Notes: generated by a model from the sequence alone, not told the origin. A stretch of 39,687 nucleotides of DNA from Aduncisulcus paluster (GCA_024181965.1 BQXS01010025.1:1-39687), one strand, 5' to 3'; positions 20,786-33,192 are shown, counted from the stretch's first letter. Numbers and translations: made by a program.

Positions 20786-21742
20786 ATGGCGGACAGATTA
20801 TCAGAAATTCGGGAATTAAAGAAAAAATGGCTTGCTCAGCGGGAGATTGCTCAAATGGAAAGTTCCCAAACTGAACCGGTATCTTCAGCCCATATTCTTG
20901 CTGATATTATCACGAGTTCCTCTATAGATATTCCAGTATCGTCAAAGAAAACTGAGAGCTACAAATCCCCCTCTGAAGATCGTTATTTTTCGTCAACTTC
21001 CTTAAAAACACATCCAAATCCCTCCACTTTTGACCATCAATCACTGTCAGCCCTTCATGAATCAATGCATGAAGAGTTTAAGCTCAGCTCATTCGAATGC
21101 CCCATATGTTATAAACCTATGAATAGAGAAGATGGCCGCTCTCCTCTCTCCCTAACTCCCTGTGGACATCCTGTTTGTTCTGACTGTTTCTTGCAGCTTA
21201 AACTCCATTCCACTCAATCAAAATCACCATCTTCTTTATTTCCTTGTCCTCTCTGCCGTGGTGCTGTGAAAGGGGCTGTTCGGAATCTTGCCCTTGAAAG
21301 TGTAATAGACGAGGTATTGCATTCCTCAAAGGTTAGCAAGGAAGAGATTGAGGAAGAAGAAAGACGGAAAAAGGCCCAAATGTACGACAAAGCCCATAGT
21401 TCTCTGTCAAAACGCATTGCCCTGTTGCAAAAAGAGATCGATAAAACACGGGAAGATAATGTTGATGTGAGTGAGTTAAAATCATCATATCAAACAGCCC
21501 ATAAAAGTATTGTTGAAAAAATTGAAACATTGGACGAAGAAATAGAGAAACTCTGTTCCAAAAGGGAAGAATTGGGCGATGTTCTCTCTGAATTGGAAGA
21601 AGAATATAAAGTTTCTTTTGCAAAAAGCGAACAATCGGAGAAAAAACTCAAAATTATGAGTGAAACACTTAGTTTACTTGAAAAAGAGGAGCGTAAATTA
21701 AAATATCTTTCACAAGGTTTCCAGAAGAGAAGCGGGGAATAG
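20786..21742 (+). CDS. RING-HC (C3HC4) finger protein with C-terminal coiled coil; putative E3 ubiquitin ligase
   Basis: CPIC-x-PCGHPVCSDC-x-CPLCR followed by RNLALESVI and about 130 aa of E/K/L-rich heptads. Confidence 0.92.
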   Translation: MADRLSEIRELKKKWLAQREIAQMESSQTEPVSSAHILADIITSSSIDIPVSSKKTESYKSPSEDRYFSSTSLKTHPNPSTFDHQSLSALHESMHEEFKLSSFECPICYKPMNREDGRSPLSLTPCGHPVCSDCFLQLKLHSTQSKSPSSLFPCPLCRGAVKGAVRNLALESVIDEVLHSSKVSKEEIEEEERRKKAQMYDKAHSSLSKRIALLQKEIDKTREDNVDVSELKSSYQTAHKSIVEKIETLDEEIEKLCSKREELGDVLSELEEEYKVSFAKSEQSEKKLKIMSETLSLLEKEERKLKYLSQGFQKRSGE

Positions 21743-21825
21743 CTCAGAAAGAAAGAATCTTATGATCTAATTCAAGTGTATAATCCGTTTCGATATGATT
21801 ATTGACATTGAGCTGAGTTCTACAA

Positions 21826-22150
21826 TACAGTATAGTACAGTATAGTACAGTATATTATAGCAAAACATGTGACCTGAGTTAAAACACATATAATAGACAA
21901 TATGAGTGCAGTATTGGACTTGATTATTTACAAAGAAGGAGACTATACTTTATGAAGGACCTCTTCAGTATCCTTGGCCGACAATGTCAAAATTAACAAT
22001 TGTAATAGAATAGCCACGCCATTAGTATATTATAGTATAGTAGTACAGTATAAATATTCTTTAGTCCTTTAGATCTATTGAATTCCATTGATGGTGTTGA
22101 ATCTCCTCCTCTATCATTAAAATTTGTACCAGTATAGTACAGTATAGTAT
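21826..22150. repeat. Three clusters of TAYAG pentamer repeats between convergent genes
   Basis: TACAGTATAGTACAGTATAGTACAG (21826-21860), with similar clusters at 22023-22052 and 22126-22150. Confidence 0.8.
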
Positions 22151-22151
22151 T

Positions 22152-23873
22152 CTAAGGTTCTTCTTCTTCAAACAAAAGTTCCACACAAGCAGAAGTGTCC
22201 TCAATAAATTTATATGCCGCTCTACGGCACTCGGAGTCATGAAAATAATCCATCTCAAATTCTAATTTTGGCCATGTTTGAGAATGTGGGTGAGAATCTG
22301 ATTTGAATATTCTTACCCTTTTCAAATCCAGCATTCTTTTCGAAAGAAGATGGTACAACACAGGCGAATTAGAATCATATCCAGAAATGTTTTTTGGTAA
22401 CCTTTCATCCCTATAGACAAAAGGAGAAATTAATGGGTAAATCATTGAATTTTGAACAACTATATCCGAATATTGGTGATACACCCAACAGTGAGGCTTA
22501 ATCGATTCGATTCTCAAAGGAATAATTCTTGAAAAGGATGGTTGGAGGATCTCGATTGGTGCATGAGATTTGAGCATTGGAATTAAGACCTTTGATCTCA
22601 AGTACTTATCAATATTATATACAAACTTGTCATACACATCGAAATGCGGAATTGTATTTGTTGCAACCAAGAGGACTCCAATCAGACAATACAAATGTGG
22701 AACAAGGGAGAAAGAGGAAGAGAGCGTGACAAGGAAGTTACTCAAGTAATAATGTCCATAATAGTCGTCTAAATAAAACGAAACGAACTCAGACCACTCA
22801 TACAACTTGGAAAAGCTTAGATATTTCATTATTTCTTCAGCATCACGAGAAGTTTGGCATAAACAGTGTAAGAAAAAAAACAATTCTCCGATCTCACCAG
22901 TCAGACTATGAATTTTTCCGCTTGGACGCTTGTTCAAAATTGGCATAAGCAAATAAAATATATTCCAAGCTTCCTTATCCACAGAAGATTGGAGATCAGA
23001 GGAATAATCCTGACTATCCGTAAGATTTCCAATAAAAAAAATCATTCTATTGCTCAATGCATAACTTGTTCCATAAATTTTTGGCGATTCAGTTATGATG
23101 GGAATAACATGAGGTTTTATGAGTTGGAAACACTTCAATCGTAAGGCAGGAGAGTTATCCGGCCATGTATTGACAGAACAACACAAGGAATCGAGGGTTC
23201 TGAAAAGAAAAATAATTGTCTTTCCATCATACATCTTACTAATGTCAAGGGTCAGACGTTTTCGATCCTCCTCTGTGCGACATACCACTGTTTTGTGAGA
23301 AAATATTGATCTTTCATCGGGATCAAAATAGACCCTATTTATATCAGAAAGAATTTGATCGAGTGAAGGAGAAAGCTTTAACAATAACTCTTTTCTCTGT
23401 ATCGTATACTTACATTGCGTCAAATACTCTGCACACATTGAAAGAAAAGGAACTCTGAGTTTATCAGGAAAATGTTGTACAACCATAATAAAATTATCAA
23501 TGAAGTTTTCAATGAGATCTTGCATCTCCAAAGGTGGAAGAAATACACTTAGAGTACCATTATCATAAGGGGTTTCTCCGTTGGTGTGATGTACTAACAA
23601 AGAAAGACACTCACAACAAACGATTAATCTGTATTTGAACCACCTTATTTTAAAAGGTGAAGAACAATATTTGAAAATAGATCTGAAAAAGCCGAAGTTG
23701 AGCTTGTAAATGCTTGAGCTTCTAGAATCCGAAGAAGCACGGATAATTTCTCGTTTCAATTTCAACAATTTAGATAATTTACCAAATTGCCCTTGCGATG
23801 AGAATAATGTAATTATTACAAAAATGCCGATTACAATCTTACAAGCAACGAATTCATCCAAATCTGGGAACAT
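22152..23873 (-). CDS. Hypothetical protein (573 aa), leucine-rich and probably helical
   Basis: Long clean ATG-TAG ORF. No catalytic motif recognised. Confidence 0.8.
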   Translation of the reverse strand: MFPDLDEFVACKIVIGIFVIITLFSSQGQFGKLSKLLKLKREIIRASSDSRSSSIYKLNFGFFRSIFKYCSSPFKIRWFKYRLIVCCECLSLLVHHTNGETPYDNGTLSVFLPPLEMQDLIENFIDNFIMVVQHFPDKLRVPFLSMCAEYLTQCKYTIQRKELLLKLSPSLDQILSDINRVYFDPDERSIFSHKTVVCRTEEDRKRLTLDISKMYDGKTIIFLFRTLDSLCCSVNTWPDNSPALRLKCFQLIKPHVIPIITESPKIYGTSYALSNRMIFFIGNLTDSQDYSSDLQSSVDKEAWNIFYLLMPILNKRPSGKIHSLTGEIGELFFFLHCLCQTSRDAEEIMKYLSFSKLYEWSEFVSFYLDDYYGHYYLSNFLVTLSSSFSLVPHLYCLIGVLLVATNTIPHFDVYDKFVYNIDKYLRSKVLIPMLKSHAPIEILQPSFSRIIPLRIESIKPHCWVYHQYSDIVVQNSMIYPLISPFVYRDERLPKNISGYDSNSPVLYHLLSKRMLDLKRVRIFKSDSHPHSQTWPKLEFEMDYFHDSECRRAAYKFIEDTSACVELLFEEEEP

Positions 23874-24209
23874 GGTTGACTTTCAATGAAATACAAGTCA
23901 AATTCGAATATAAAACCTTTTATCTTATCCACAATAATGATATATTGAGTATGATATTGCAGAGACTTGACAAAATAATAAATATTCGGTTGGGGTACTC
24001 TTTTTTTTGACTATTTTTAGAATGGCATTCTATTTCCACAAACAAACGCCAGGAAATGAGAGTATTAATCTACAGATTACATTTTTATTGTTCTAATTAT
24101 TCTAATTATTGAGAATTGTACATGATAAGAAGAAAGATCCTATTTTTAGCAAGGAAAAGAAAAACAAGGAAAGTATACAATGCATGGAAATAACAAATCC
24201 CAAATCAAA

Positions 24210-26839
24210 TCAGAGAGGGAACAAAGCAGCAATGACAGAACGTTGGGCTTGGGGAATTGATGCCAAAGATTCATTTTTCTCAAGTTCAGTATCAAGAGGA
24301 AACTTCTCATCGCCAGGACTACGAGGAATCGAGGAAAAAACATCAACTTCTCTTCTGAGAACAAGATCTTCGTGCTTCATCTCGGATTCATCGACTCCAG
24401 TACTCTTCTCACTTTCTTCACAATTCATCACAGAACGCAGTTTGCTCGTCAAGACTTTCTCAGGAACATCTACTTCTTCCTCCTCTTCCTCTTCTTTACC
24501 AGTTTGACGATGTTGCTCCTCATCAACGGGCTCTTCCTTCCCCTGGAGTGTTCCGGAGGGCTCTGTTGTAACAGGTTGACCCTGTTGTGGCAACTCTTGG
24601 GAAGCCTGTCCTTTCTCTTGAAGATCCAAGTCACAGGCACTAACACTCATCTCACTGAGACTCTCACGTCTGTCTCCAAGAAGATATGGCACAGAAGAGG
24701 AGCTGAGAAACATGGGTTGGGAAGAGTTCATAGAGGAAGAGGCACCGACAGTCCGGCGTCTTCTCACACGGGTACCACGAAGAGTAACAGATTGCTTGGG
24801 CTCTTCTGGCTTCGCACCCATACTAACACGCCTTTCCCTAAGCATTTTGTGGTCCTCTACAGCCTTGTCAATGATAGTTCTCCTCTCTGGGTGCAATGAG
24901 ATATCAACAGATGCGGCAGAGTCGGGATGGTTGGAACTTTGATACGTGGAATAACCACGGCCACTCAGGGCCATGTTGTAGGGAGTGTTCCGGAGGGCTC
25001 TGTTGTAACAGGTTGACCCTGTTGTGGCAACTCTTGGGAAGCCTGTCCTTTCTCTTGAAGATCCAAGTCACAGGCACTAACACTCATCTCACTGAGACTC
25101 TCACGTCTGTCTCCAAGAAGATATGGCACAGAAGAGGAGCTGAGAAACATGGGTTGGGAAGAGTTCATAGAGGAAGAGGCACCGACAGTCCGGCGTCTTC
25201 TCACACGGGTACCACGAAGAGTAACAGATTGCTTGGGCTCTTCTGGCTTCGCACCCATACTAACACGCCTTTCCCTAAGCATTTTGTGGTCCTCTACAGC
25301 CTTGTCAATGATAGTTCTCCTCTCTGGGTGCAATGAGATATCAACAGATGCGGCAGAGTCGGGATGGTTGGAACTTTGATACGTGGAATAACCACGGCCA
25401 CTCAGGGCCATGTTGTAGAGGATATCGTGTCTGGATAAGGATTCTTCCCCGTCTTCGTCAAGATAACGAGGGAAACGACGCTGAGACTGAGATTGGGAAC
25501 GGGAGCGAGTCACAGGGCTAGCACTTCCGTGACTATGGTGAATAGGGGAAGGACCATCCCTTTTCCTCCTTCCGCTGGTGCTTTCGTCAGTGTCGATACG
25601 GGGAGAGAATGTACAGTGCCTCTGGACTTCAATATCAACAGAATTCAAGGTAAGCGAGGGGATGGTTGAGTGTTTGCCACTGAGAGAGCCAGAGGATACC
25701 GCGGCCTGGGAAGCAAGGCCAGGTGAACATGGGGACACGGGGGATGAAGAAGAATGGGGATGACCATCTCTCTTGGGAGTGACTCCAATGGTTTTGATGT
25801 ATGTACTCTTGGTATGTCTCATGTAGCTATTGCGCATTCTCTTGTGACCAACAGATTTGCTACGTGTTAGAGAGAGATCAGGAGTAAATGTAATGGTTTT
25901 CATCTTTTCTTGATCCATCAATTTCTTGCGATCAGCCTGACGCTTGTTCCACACCTCTTTTTCCCGGGAAAGCATTTTCAAATGTGCGAGAGAAGGGCTT
26001 GAAACAGCTTTTCTCACCTGAGCAACATGCTCACCAGTCGGGGTAAGCTCGAGACCATTCAAATGAATTACACTGGATTTGAGTGAGGGATCTGTCTTTC
26101 CAACACGCTCCCTGAAACTTTTATCTTGAGATTCTTCTATCAAACGTGTTCTTTGTTGCTTTCTTTCTTTAATCCTGGCTTCACGAATCTTTCTAGCAGC
26201 GGAGGCACTTTCGCCTTCAATACGGTCAATTGTAGCACCATCAAACCGAGAGATATATTGCTCAATGCATTTTATAGCTTGATCTTCCGTAAATACATGG
26301 AATGAAGGAAATAATGGATCCCTAGAGAGTGGAGTTGGAGGGGTAGACAAAATAGGAATTAACGAAGAAAATATGAGATCACAAACCTTGGGCCCAACTA
26401 AAGGCTCTATTTTAGTATGGATGTGAGAACGAGCAAGAGAAAATGGTTCATAAGAAGAGATATCAGATACATAATCCCCATGCCACACAGGTATCTTTAA
26501 TTCAACATTTTCTTGGGCCAAAAGCAATTGTTTAATCCATTTTTTCGAAAGATAGTGACGTTTTTTTGCCAATAATGAAACAGGTTTAGGGTTTGAAAGA
26601 AGGCTTCTATGGATAGGAGTTTGTTCTCTTTTTAACAGGGTTTCGGCAAATTGTTTATCAAATTGCGATGAATTGTTAAATGAAGTCTCAACATCTTCCT
26701 GAGTTAGGAAAGGTTTTTGACTAGGGAGAAAAAATTGTGCTGCCTCCGGATCATATTGGACAGATGAATTTTGAACGATGGTGGTTTTACCAGCATCGGC
26801 CATTTGAGCCACAGCCCTCATTTGTTTAAAGAGATCCAT
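24210..26839 (-). CDS. Hypothetical Ser/Arg-rich protein with TFxP motifs; about 730 aa after collapsing a 437-bp tandem duplication
   Basis: ORFs 24965-26839 and 24210-24974 share an identical segment. Removing one 437-bp copy gives 2193 nt = 731 codons. Motifs ITFTPDL and CTFSPRID are present. Confidence 0.8.
24545..25418. repeat. 437-bp head-to-tail tandem duplication with no N gap (24545-24981 = 24982-25418)
   Basis: The copies look identical. The length is not a multiple of 3, so it frameshifts the gene. Confidence 0.92.
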
Positions 26840-27166
26840 CTGTGTTGGAACACAAAATGGGCTTTGGCTGAGTTGCGAGAAGATTTAATTAGAATTTTCA
26901 ATGAATTCATTTGAGACAGCGAAAAACATTCAGTAATAATTATTTTTGTAGTATATTATTTTTTTATTTTGTTCCGAGTCCCCTGAGCTGATCCAAAAAT
27001 ATATGCCGAAAACTAGCTATATCTTCGAAAAAAGCGACGTCAATAAAAAGTAGAGCCTATGTATTTTCCATATTTGGTTGAAAGATAACTCAAAATTTCA
27101 TCAAAGTGCTGATTGTTCCAATTTTGGTTAATCAAGCCTCTCCTGATTGATTGGATGATTTTTTGA

Positions 27167-30100
27167 ATGGGAAGGTATAACAAAAACACAACTCGAGGCC
27201 AACAGAAGAAATTACCTCCTGGAGTGAAGGTCCATTCCCAGCCTAGAGTGCGTCATCAAGCAGTTAAAATACGTGATGAACATAAAGAAGACCTTAGCAA
27301 AATTGATGCTGTTGATATCAACAAAGTGGCTTCATTAGAACATATTAAAGTGAGTGGTGACGTTACTATTAAGAACTTTCCCCACCTTTCATATGATTCT
27401 GAAGATCCTTTCCCATATGACTTATTCCTTATATCTAATCAACTAAGAGCAATGGGATTTAGCAAAGAAAATGTCCATAAAGCTATTGGAATGGTATTTG
27501 GAAGGACATCTCTACTGGAACATCGTATAAATTGGATTGAAGCTGAAAATGAAATGAAGCTGAAAAAAGAAACTACTGGAAAATCTGTCACCCCTCATAA
27601 GTTTACTTTTCCCTTCTATAGTTCGTCTAAGGCATCGAAATATCAAGCTCAAACAGATAAAGGAAGGAATGCCGTCACACTTGCTCTGTTGAGTTTTGTT
27701 CCTGATACTCATATTCCACAATCCCTCGGGGGTAAAGGAGGCAAATTTAAAATTAAGAAGAAAGAATCCGAGCCTTCATCCTGTGAAGACTCCCCTCCAC
27801 CCACCCCAAGTCCTCAGAGGAAGTTGCGAGTAGATCCCATTGTTATTCGTCATTGCACACCTCCATTTGATAGCGATTACCTCCCTTCAGATGTTCCTCT
27901 TGCCATTTCTCCCCTTCAGAGCCAGTGTATCCATCGAGGTGAACGAACTGGACTTTGTAATCGGCATCAATCGAATGCTGTAATTCTATGGGGAGAAAGA
28001 GAATGGAAGGAAGAGGAGCGTCGTGAGCAAAGGAGGGAAGAAAAGAAGAAAGATGAAGAAATACTTGAAGACATTGGTGGAAAAGGAAAGAAAGGGAAAG
28101 GGAAATCGAAGGGAAAAGGAAAAGGAATGAAACACGAAGATAAAAAACAAGGATCATTATCATCCTCATCTTCTTCGGATGAATTATATTCCCCATCTTC
28201 TTCCAAACACACATTAGCAAGTCTTCACCTCCTCTCTTCTTTGGCTGCAGCGTACGAAACCTCAAACAAGGGACAACCGGTCAAGAAAAGTCAAGACAAG
28301 ATGAGATGTAAACCGAATTTCCTTTCGGATGAGTTTTGTGTTCTCACCTCTTGTTTTAGTAATTCTCAACGGTTCCAGCCGGGATCTGTCGGTTGGGAGG
28401 AATATGGAGTTTGTGGAATGGAATGGTGGAAAATATCGTTTGTTGTTACACACAGTCCATTCCCAGAGCCCTGCGTCATTACAATCGTTCTCCATTTCGT
28501 AGAGTCTGAAGATATATTTCCCAGGGAACAAGATAGACCGATCCTGTTGCCCAGGAAACAAGAGATATTTGAACAGGTGAAAAGCAAAGGAAGGCGTAGT
28601 GTTAGGCGCCATCCAAGGTTCAGAAAGCAAGTTCCCTATCCCTTCTGTCCTCCTCTCGTCGAAGTGATTGGATGTGAGACCTCTGAGTCTGCTTTTAGGT
28701 CATCACAAGGAGAACCATTAACCTTGGATCAAGACAAGGGCGCAAAGAAAAGAGGAAAGAGAAAGCTCCATTCCTCCTCTTCCTCTTCCTCTTCCTCCTC
28801 CTCGTCTCCTGCGACAAGTCATGTACTTTTTGAGGAGAGTTCCCGATATCAATCCTCTGTTGATGGCAGTTCATCTATGGCCCTTGCCCTGTCTAAATAC
28901 GGCTGTGCTTCTGTGTGTCGCTCTCTCTCTGGCCTCTTTCTCTCTGCAGATCCTATGTCTCAGCCTTCCATAAGTGTCCTTCTCGGTGTCAGTGGAGGCG
29001 GAGGAGATAAGCTCTGTTCTGTGTTGAAAAAGGAGGAAGAAGAGCTCAAGAAACGCGGGGATAGTGTTTTTGAGGAGGGAAGTGAGATCAGAAAGAAATG
29101 CGAAGAAATCTACCGAAAAAAGGAGGAAGAAGAAAGGCAAAAGTTGATTGGAATTCATAAAAAATCCAAAAAGTCTGATTCCGATTCTGATTCAACACTG
29201 AAGTTATCTCGACGTGAAAGGATGAAACTCAGTCGTCGTCGGGGAGTATCTTCAGGTGAATCCCAATCCATTGTTGAGGCCAAAGAAGAGCTGCGTTCTA
29301 GAAAAGTATCAAAAGAGATTGTATCACAGATCACTGGTTCATCTTCCTCTTTCCTCCTCCTCTTCTTCTGCATCGAAGGACACTGTAGTGATCGGCAGTG
29401 AGATTGGAGCAGGGATGAGTGTGAATGAACTCGGAGTGATGGAGTATGAAGAAAGTGAGATGAAAGGTTATCTCAGTGGTGCCCTCAATATTTGGGATAT
29501 CGATGCTGACGTTATATCGATGTCTGTCTCTGCTGAAGGCTCTTCTAAGACTTCTGTGCCTATCCATGTGTCCAAGAAAGAAGAAGGAGAGAGTGAAGAG
29601 TCTGAGGAAGATGATCCAATGAGATCTCTTTTCTTAGGGCCTGCAGCGACTCAACCGTCATCCTTACAGCTTCAGAAATCTGGCGAACTAAAAAGAATTG
29701 CAAAACTCAAGACTGAACTTAAGCAACGCAAGGAAATGGAGGCTCACAAACTCGAAGAACAAAGGAAACGAGAAGAGATGGCTAAGCGAGAGAAAGAAAG
29801 GATTGCAAAGGAGAAAGAGGACAGAAAACGACAAGGAAAGTACTCTTCCGGTGCTCATCTATCCGAGCACCATAGACCAATCTCTGATGTTATGGCCATT
29901 TCAAGGGTGAACCCAGTTGAAATGAGCAAACGCAAAAGGATCCGTGATGCTCTGCCAACATATGCCCTTCGAGATGAGTTTCTCAATCTTGTTGACCACT
30001 CTCAAACAATGGTAATTAGTGCCGAAACTGGTGCCGGAAAGAGTACACAGCTTTGTGCCTATCTTCTTGAAAGAGAATGCGAATATGCCTCTCTTGAACA

Positions 30101-33100
30101 CTCTGATTCCAAACAGGAAGAAAAGCATACGAAATCTCTCTTAGAAATGAAGAAACGGTTCCCAAAACACTCTCCATGTCCAGATATTAACATTTTGTGC
30201 ACCCAGCCAAGGAGGATCAGTGCCGTCAGTGTGGCCGAACGTGTGGCTTGGGAGAGAGGAGAGAAGGTTGGAGAGAGTGTTGGTTATCAGATCAGACTGG
30301 AAACTCGTCGCAGTAACAAAACTCGCCTTTGTTTTGTCACAAATGGTGTCTTATTGAGGAAAATGCTTGGAAATAACGACCTAGATGGAGTCACTCACGT
30401 TGTTCTTGATGAAGTCCATGAAAGAAGTGTTGAAATGGACTTTTTAATGGTTATTCTGAGAGAATTATTGCGGAAAAGGAAGGATTTAAAGCTCATATTG
30501 ATGTCCGCCACCCTTAATTCAGATCTTTTCTCAAAATACTTTGATTCTGCTCCTATTTTAAATATACCCGGTTTCACTTTCCCTGTTCAAGATCTATTTT
30601 TAGAACATGTTATTCAAGAGTTAGATTATGAACCTGATGATAATAGTGAGTGTATCAAAGAGAGCGAGCGAGGAGGTAAGCGAGGGTCACTAGCTGCAGG
30701 AAAAGATTTGAGAGATCGAGCTCTTGAACGAGGGCAACATAAAGGAAAATCTGGCGGCAAAAGTGGATTTAAAGATAAGAAAGCTCGAGGCAAAGGGATC
30801 TCTTCTGCTTTATTGAAACATGGTACCAATACTGGGTTCAAGAGAGCTGGAGTGACAATGGCAGATGCCCTCGAGGAAGCATATGAAGATGTTGAGCATG
30901 AGAACGAACTCACAGCCATGTGTAAGGCGATGCCAGACGTGGATTATAACACAGTTGAGACTCTACGACGTCTTGATGAAACCGTAATCAACTATGAGCT
31001 TATCCGTGAGCTTGTTGAGTATGTTACTGGTCTCCCAATGCTGGGGAGTGATGAGGATAACGAATTAATGCGCAACACAAAGCGGTGGAACAGTGACGGA
31101 TGTCCGAGGAATGAGGGCCGAATTGCCGATTTCCTTCCCGAATACATTACCAAACCGTCCCATCCCGGTGCCATTCTGATATTTATGCCAGGTTTTGGAG
31201 AGATTACCTCAATGATGAGTGAGTTCAAGAAAGATTGGAGATTCTGCAATGAAAATGGACTCTTCACAGTCCTTCCATGCCATGGATCTCTCCCTTCGCA
31301 TGAGCAAAAGAGGATATTCCAAGAACCAGGAAGAGGCACAAGGAAGATTGTGATTTCCACAAATATCGCCGAGACAAGTGTTACCATTAACGATGTGACC
31401 GTCGTCATAGATTCTGGTCGAGTCCGTCAGATGGGGTTCACTGCCTCGAGTTCCACAGCAAAGCTGAGCGTTGTTCAGGTTTCACAGGCCTCAGCCAAGC
31501 AACGAAGAGGAAGAGCAGGTCGTGTTANNNNNNNNNNNNNNNNNNNNCCCTTCGCATGAGCAAAAGAGGATATTCCAAGAACCAGGAAGAGGCACAAGGA
31601 AGATTGTGATTTCCACAAATATCGCCGAGACAAGTGTTACCATTAACGATGTGACCGTCGTCATAGATTCTGGTCGAGTCCGTCAGATGGGGTTCACTGC
31701 CTCGAGTTCCACAGCAAAGCTGAGCGTTGTTCAGGTTTCACAGGCCTCAGCCAAGCAACGAAGAGGAAGAGCAGGTCGTGTTCAGAAAGGTGTGTGTTTC
31801 AAAATGTACTCCTCCCTGACTTTCTCAGGTATGAGGAAATTTGATTCCCCTGAAATCCAAAGGACACCGTTACACACTCTCGTGTTGCAAATTCTTATGC
31901 TTGGGCTCAGTAATAATCCTTATCAGTTCCTCCAGAAAGCTCTGGAACCTCCAACTCAAAAAACTGTGGCTGTGTCAATTCGTGATTTGTGGGAAATTGG
32001 AGCTCTTGTTGTTGATAAAGATGCTATAAAAGCCCGATATAAAAAGGGAATTGTTGATTCTTTCCAATCATCGATGGCGTTATCCTCGTTCGCATCTCCT
32101 CCACTCTCGTTGACACCCCTTGGATGTCATTTGTCTTCACTTCCTCTGCCTCCCCCACTATCAAAAATGCTTCTATATGGAGTTTTATGTGGTGTTCTCG
32201 ATCCTATTTTGACGATTGTTGCAGTTTTGTCCACCCGTTCTCCCTTCTCAGCACCTTTCTCGCGGAGAGCTCAGGCCGAGAAGGTCTGGCGAAAGATTTA
32301 TGAAGATTCTGGCTGTGCATTGCTTGAAAGTGACCATATGATGTATGTTAAGGTTTATAACGGTTGGAGACAGGCAGAAAGATGTGGGAAAGGTTGGGGT
32401 TATTGCAATAAGAATTATGTCAGTCGAATTGTATTGGAAGAGGTCAGAAAACTCAAGATCCAGCTTTTCGATATTCTTGTATCTCTTGGGTTTGTCAATA
32501 AGAAAAAGGGAGGAAAATATGCTACGAAGCCATCAAAGGATTCAGAAAAGGTGTATTCCATTCCTGGTTTTGATTTTACGAGATATATTGCCCCCTACAA
32601 TGATTATAGCGATAACATGAAGGTCATTCGAGCCGTGGTTGTTTGTGGTACATATCCACAGATTGCTATCTTGAAGAAAGAGAGAGGCAAACCAATCCAA
32701 TATGTCGACAAGAAACATGGTTCCTTCCAGCTTCATCCCACTTCCTTTTTGTTCAATCCAACTTCACCAATCCCGCATTTCTCCTCCCAACAACTATGTT
32801 TTGGAAGCAAAATCAAAACAAGCAAAATGTTTATTAGTGATGTTACGGTTGCTCCTCCCTGGAGTTTGATATTGTTTGCGACATCTGTTAAGCTCAACAC
32901 AAATACTCACGTTCAGAGTCTTACGATTAAAAACTCCCGCAAAGACCAACGTGGAAGAATGCGGGAATTTGCAGAGACTACATATATCCCCACCGTTGTC
33001 AGTGAGTGTGTTGTTGACGAGTGGCTTAAGTTTGGTATTTCTTTCATTGATTTCTACAAATACGCTCAGCCTGCCAGGGATAAACTTGAAGAAGTCTTAC

Positions 33101-33192
33101 AAATGAAGATTGACAATCCCAATTTGGATATTAGTCAGGCAATGAAAGTGATTTTACCTGCAATTGTTGCTGTTTTGAGTGCTGAATCTTAG
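27167..33192 (+). CDS. DHX57: DEAH/RHA RNA helicase, DHX57-like (UBA-like + RWD-like N-terminus, helicase core, HA2, OB); about 1922 aa after removing 1 nt at ~29351 and a 256-nt gap duplication
   Basis: Motifs AETGAGKST, TQPRRISAVSVAERVA, DEVH, MSAT, ILIFMPG, STNIAETSVTI, QRRGRAGRV, HA2 LTPLGCHLSSLP, and HPTS. The N-terminus has QLRAMGFSKENV (UBA MGF) and YPFCPP (RWD YPxxxP). The collapsed length is 5769 nt = 1923 codons. The helicase call is firm; the subfamily call (vs DHX29/DHX36) is inferred from domain order. Confidence 0.85.
31292..31782. repeat. 235-bp duplication (31292-31526 = 31548-31782) around a 20-N gap; assembly overlap artefact
   Basis: Repeats helicase motifs V-VI. The N run is 31528-31547. 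Confidence 0.92.
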
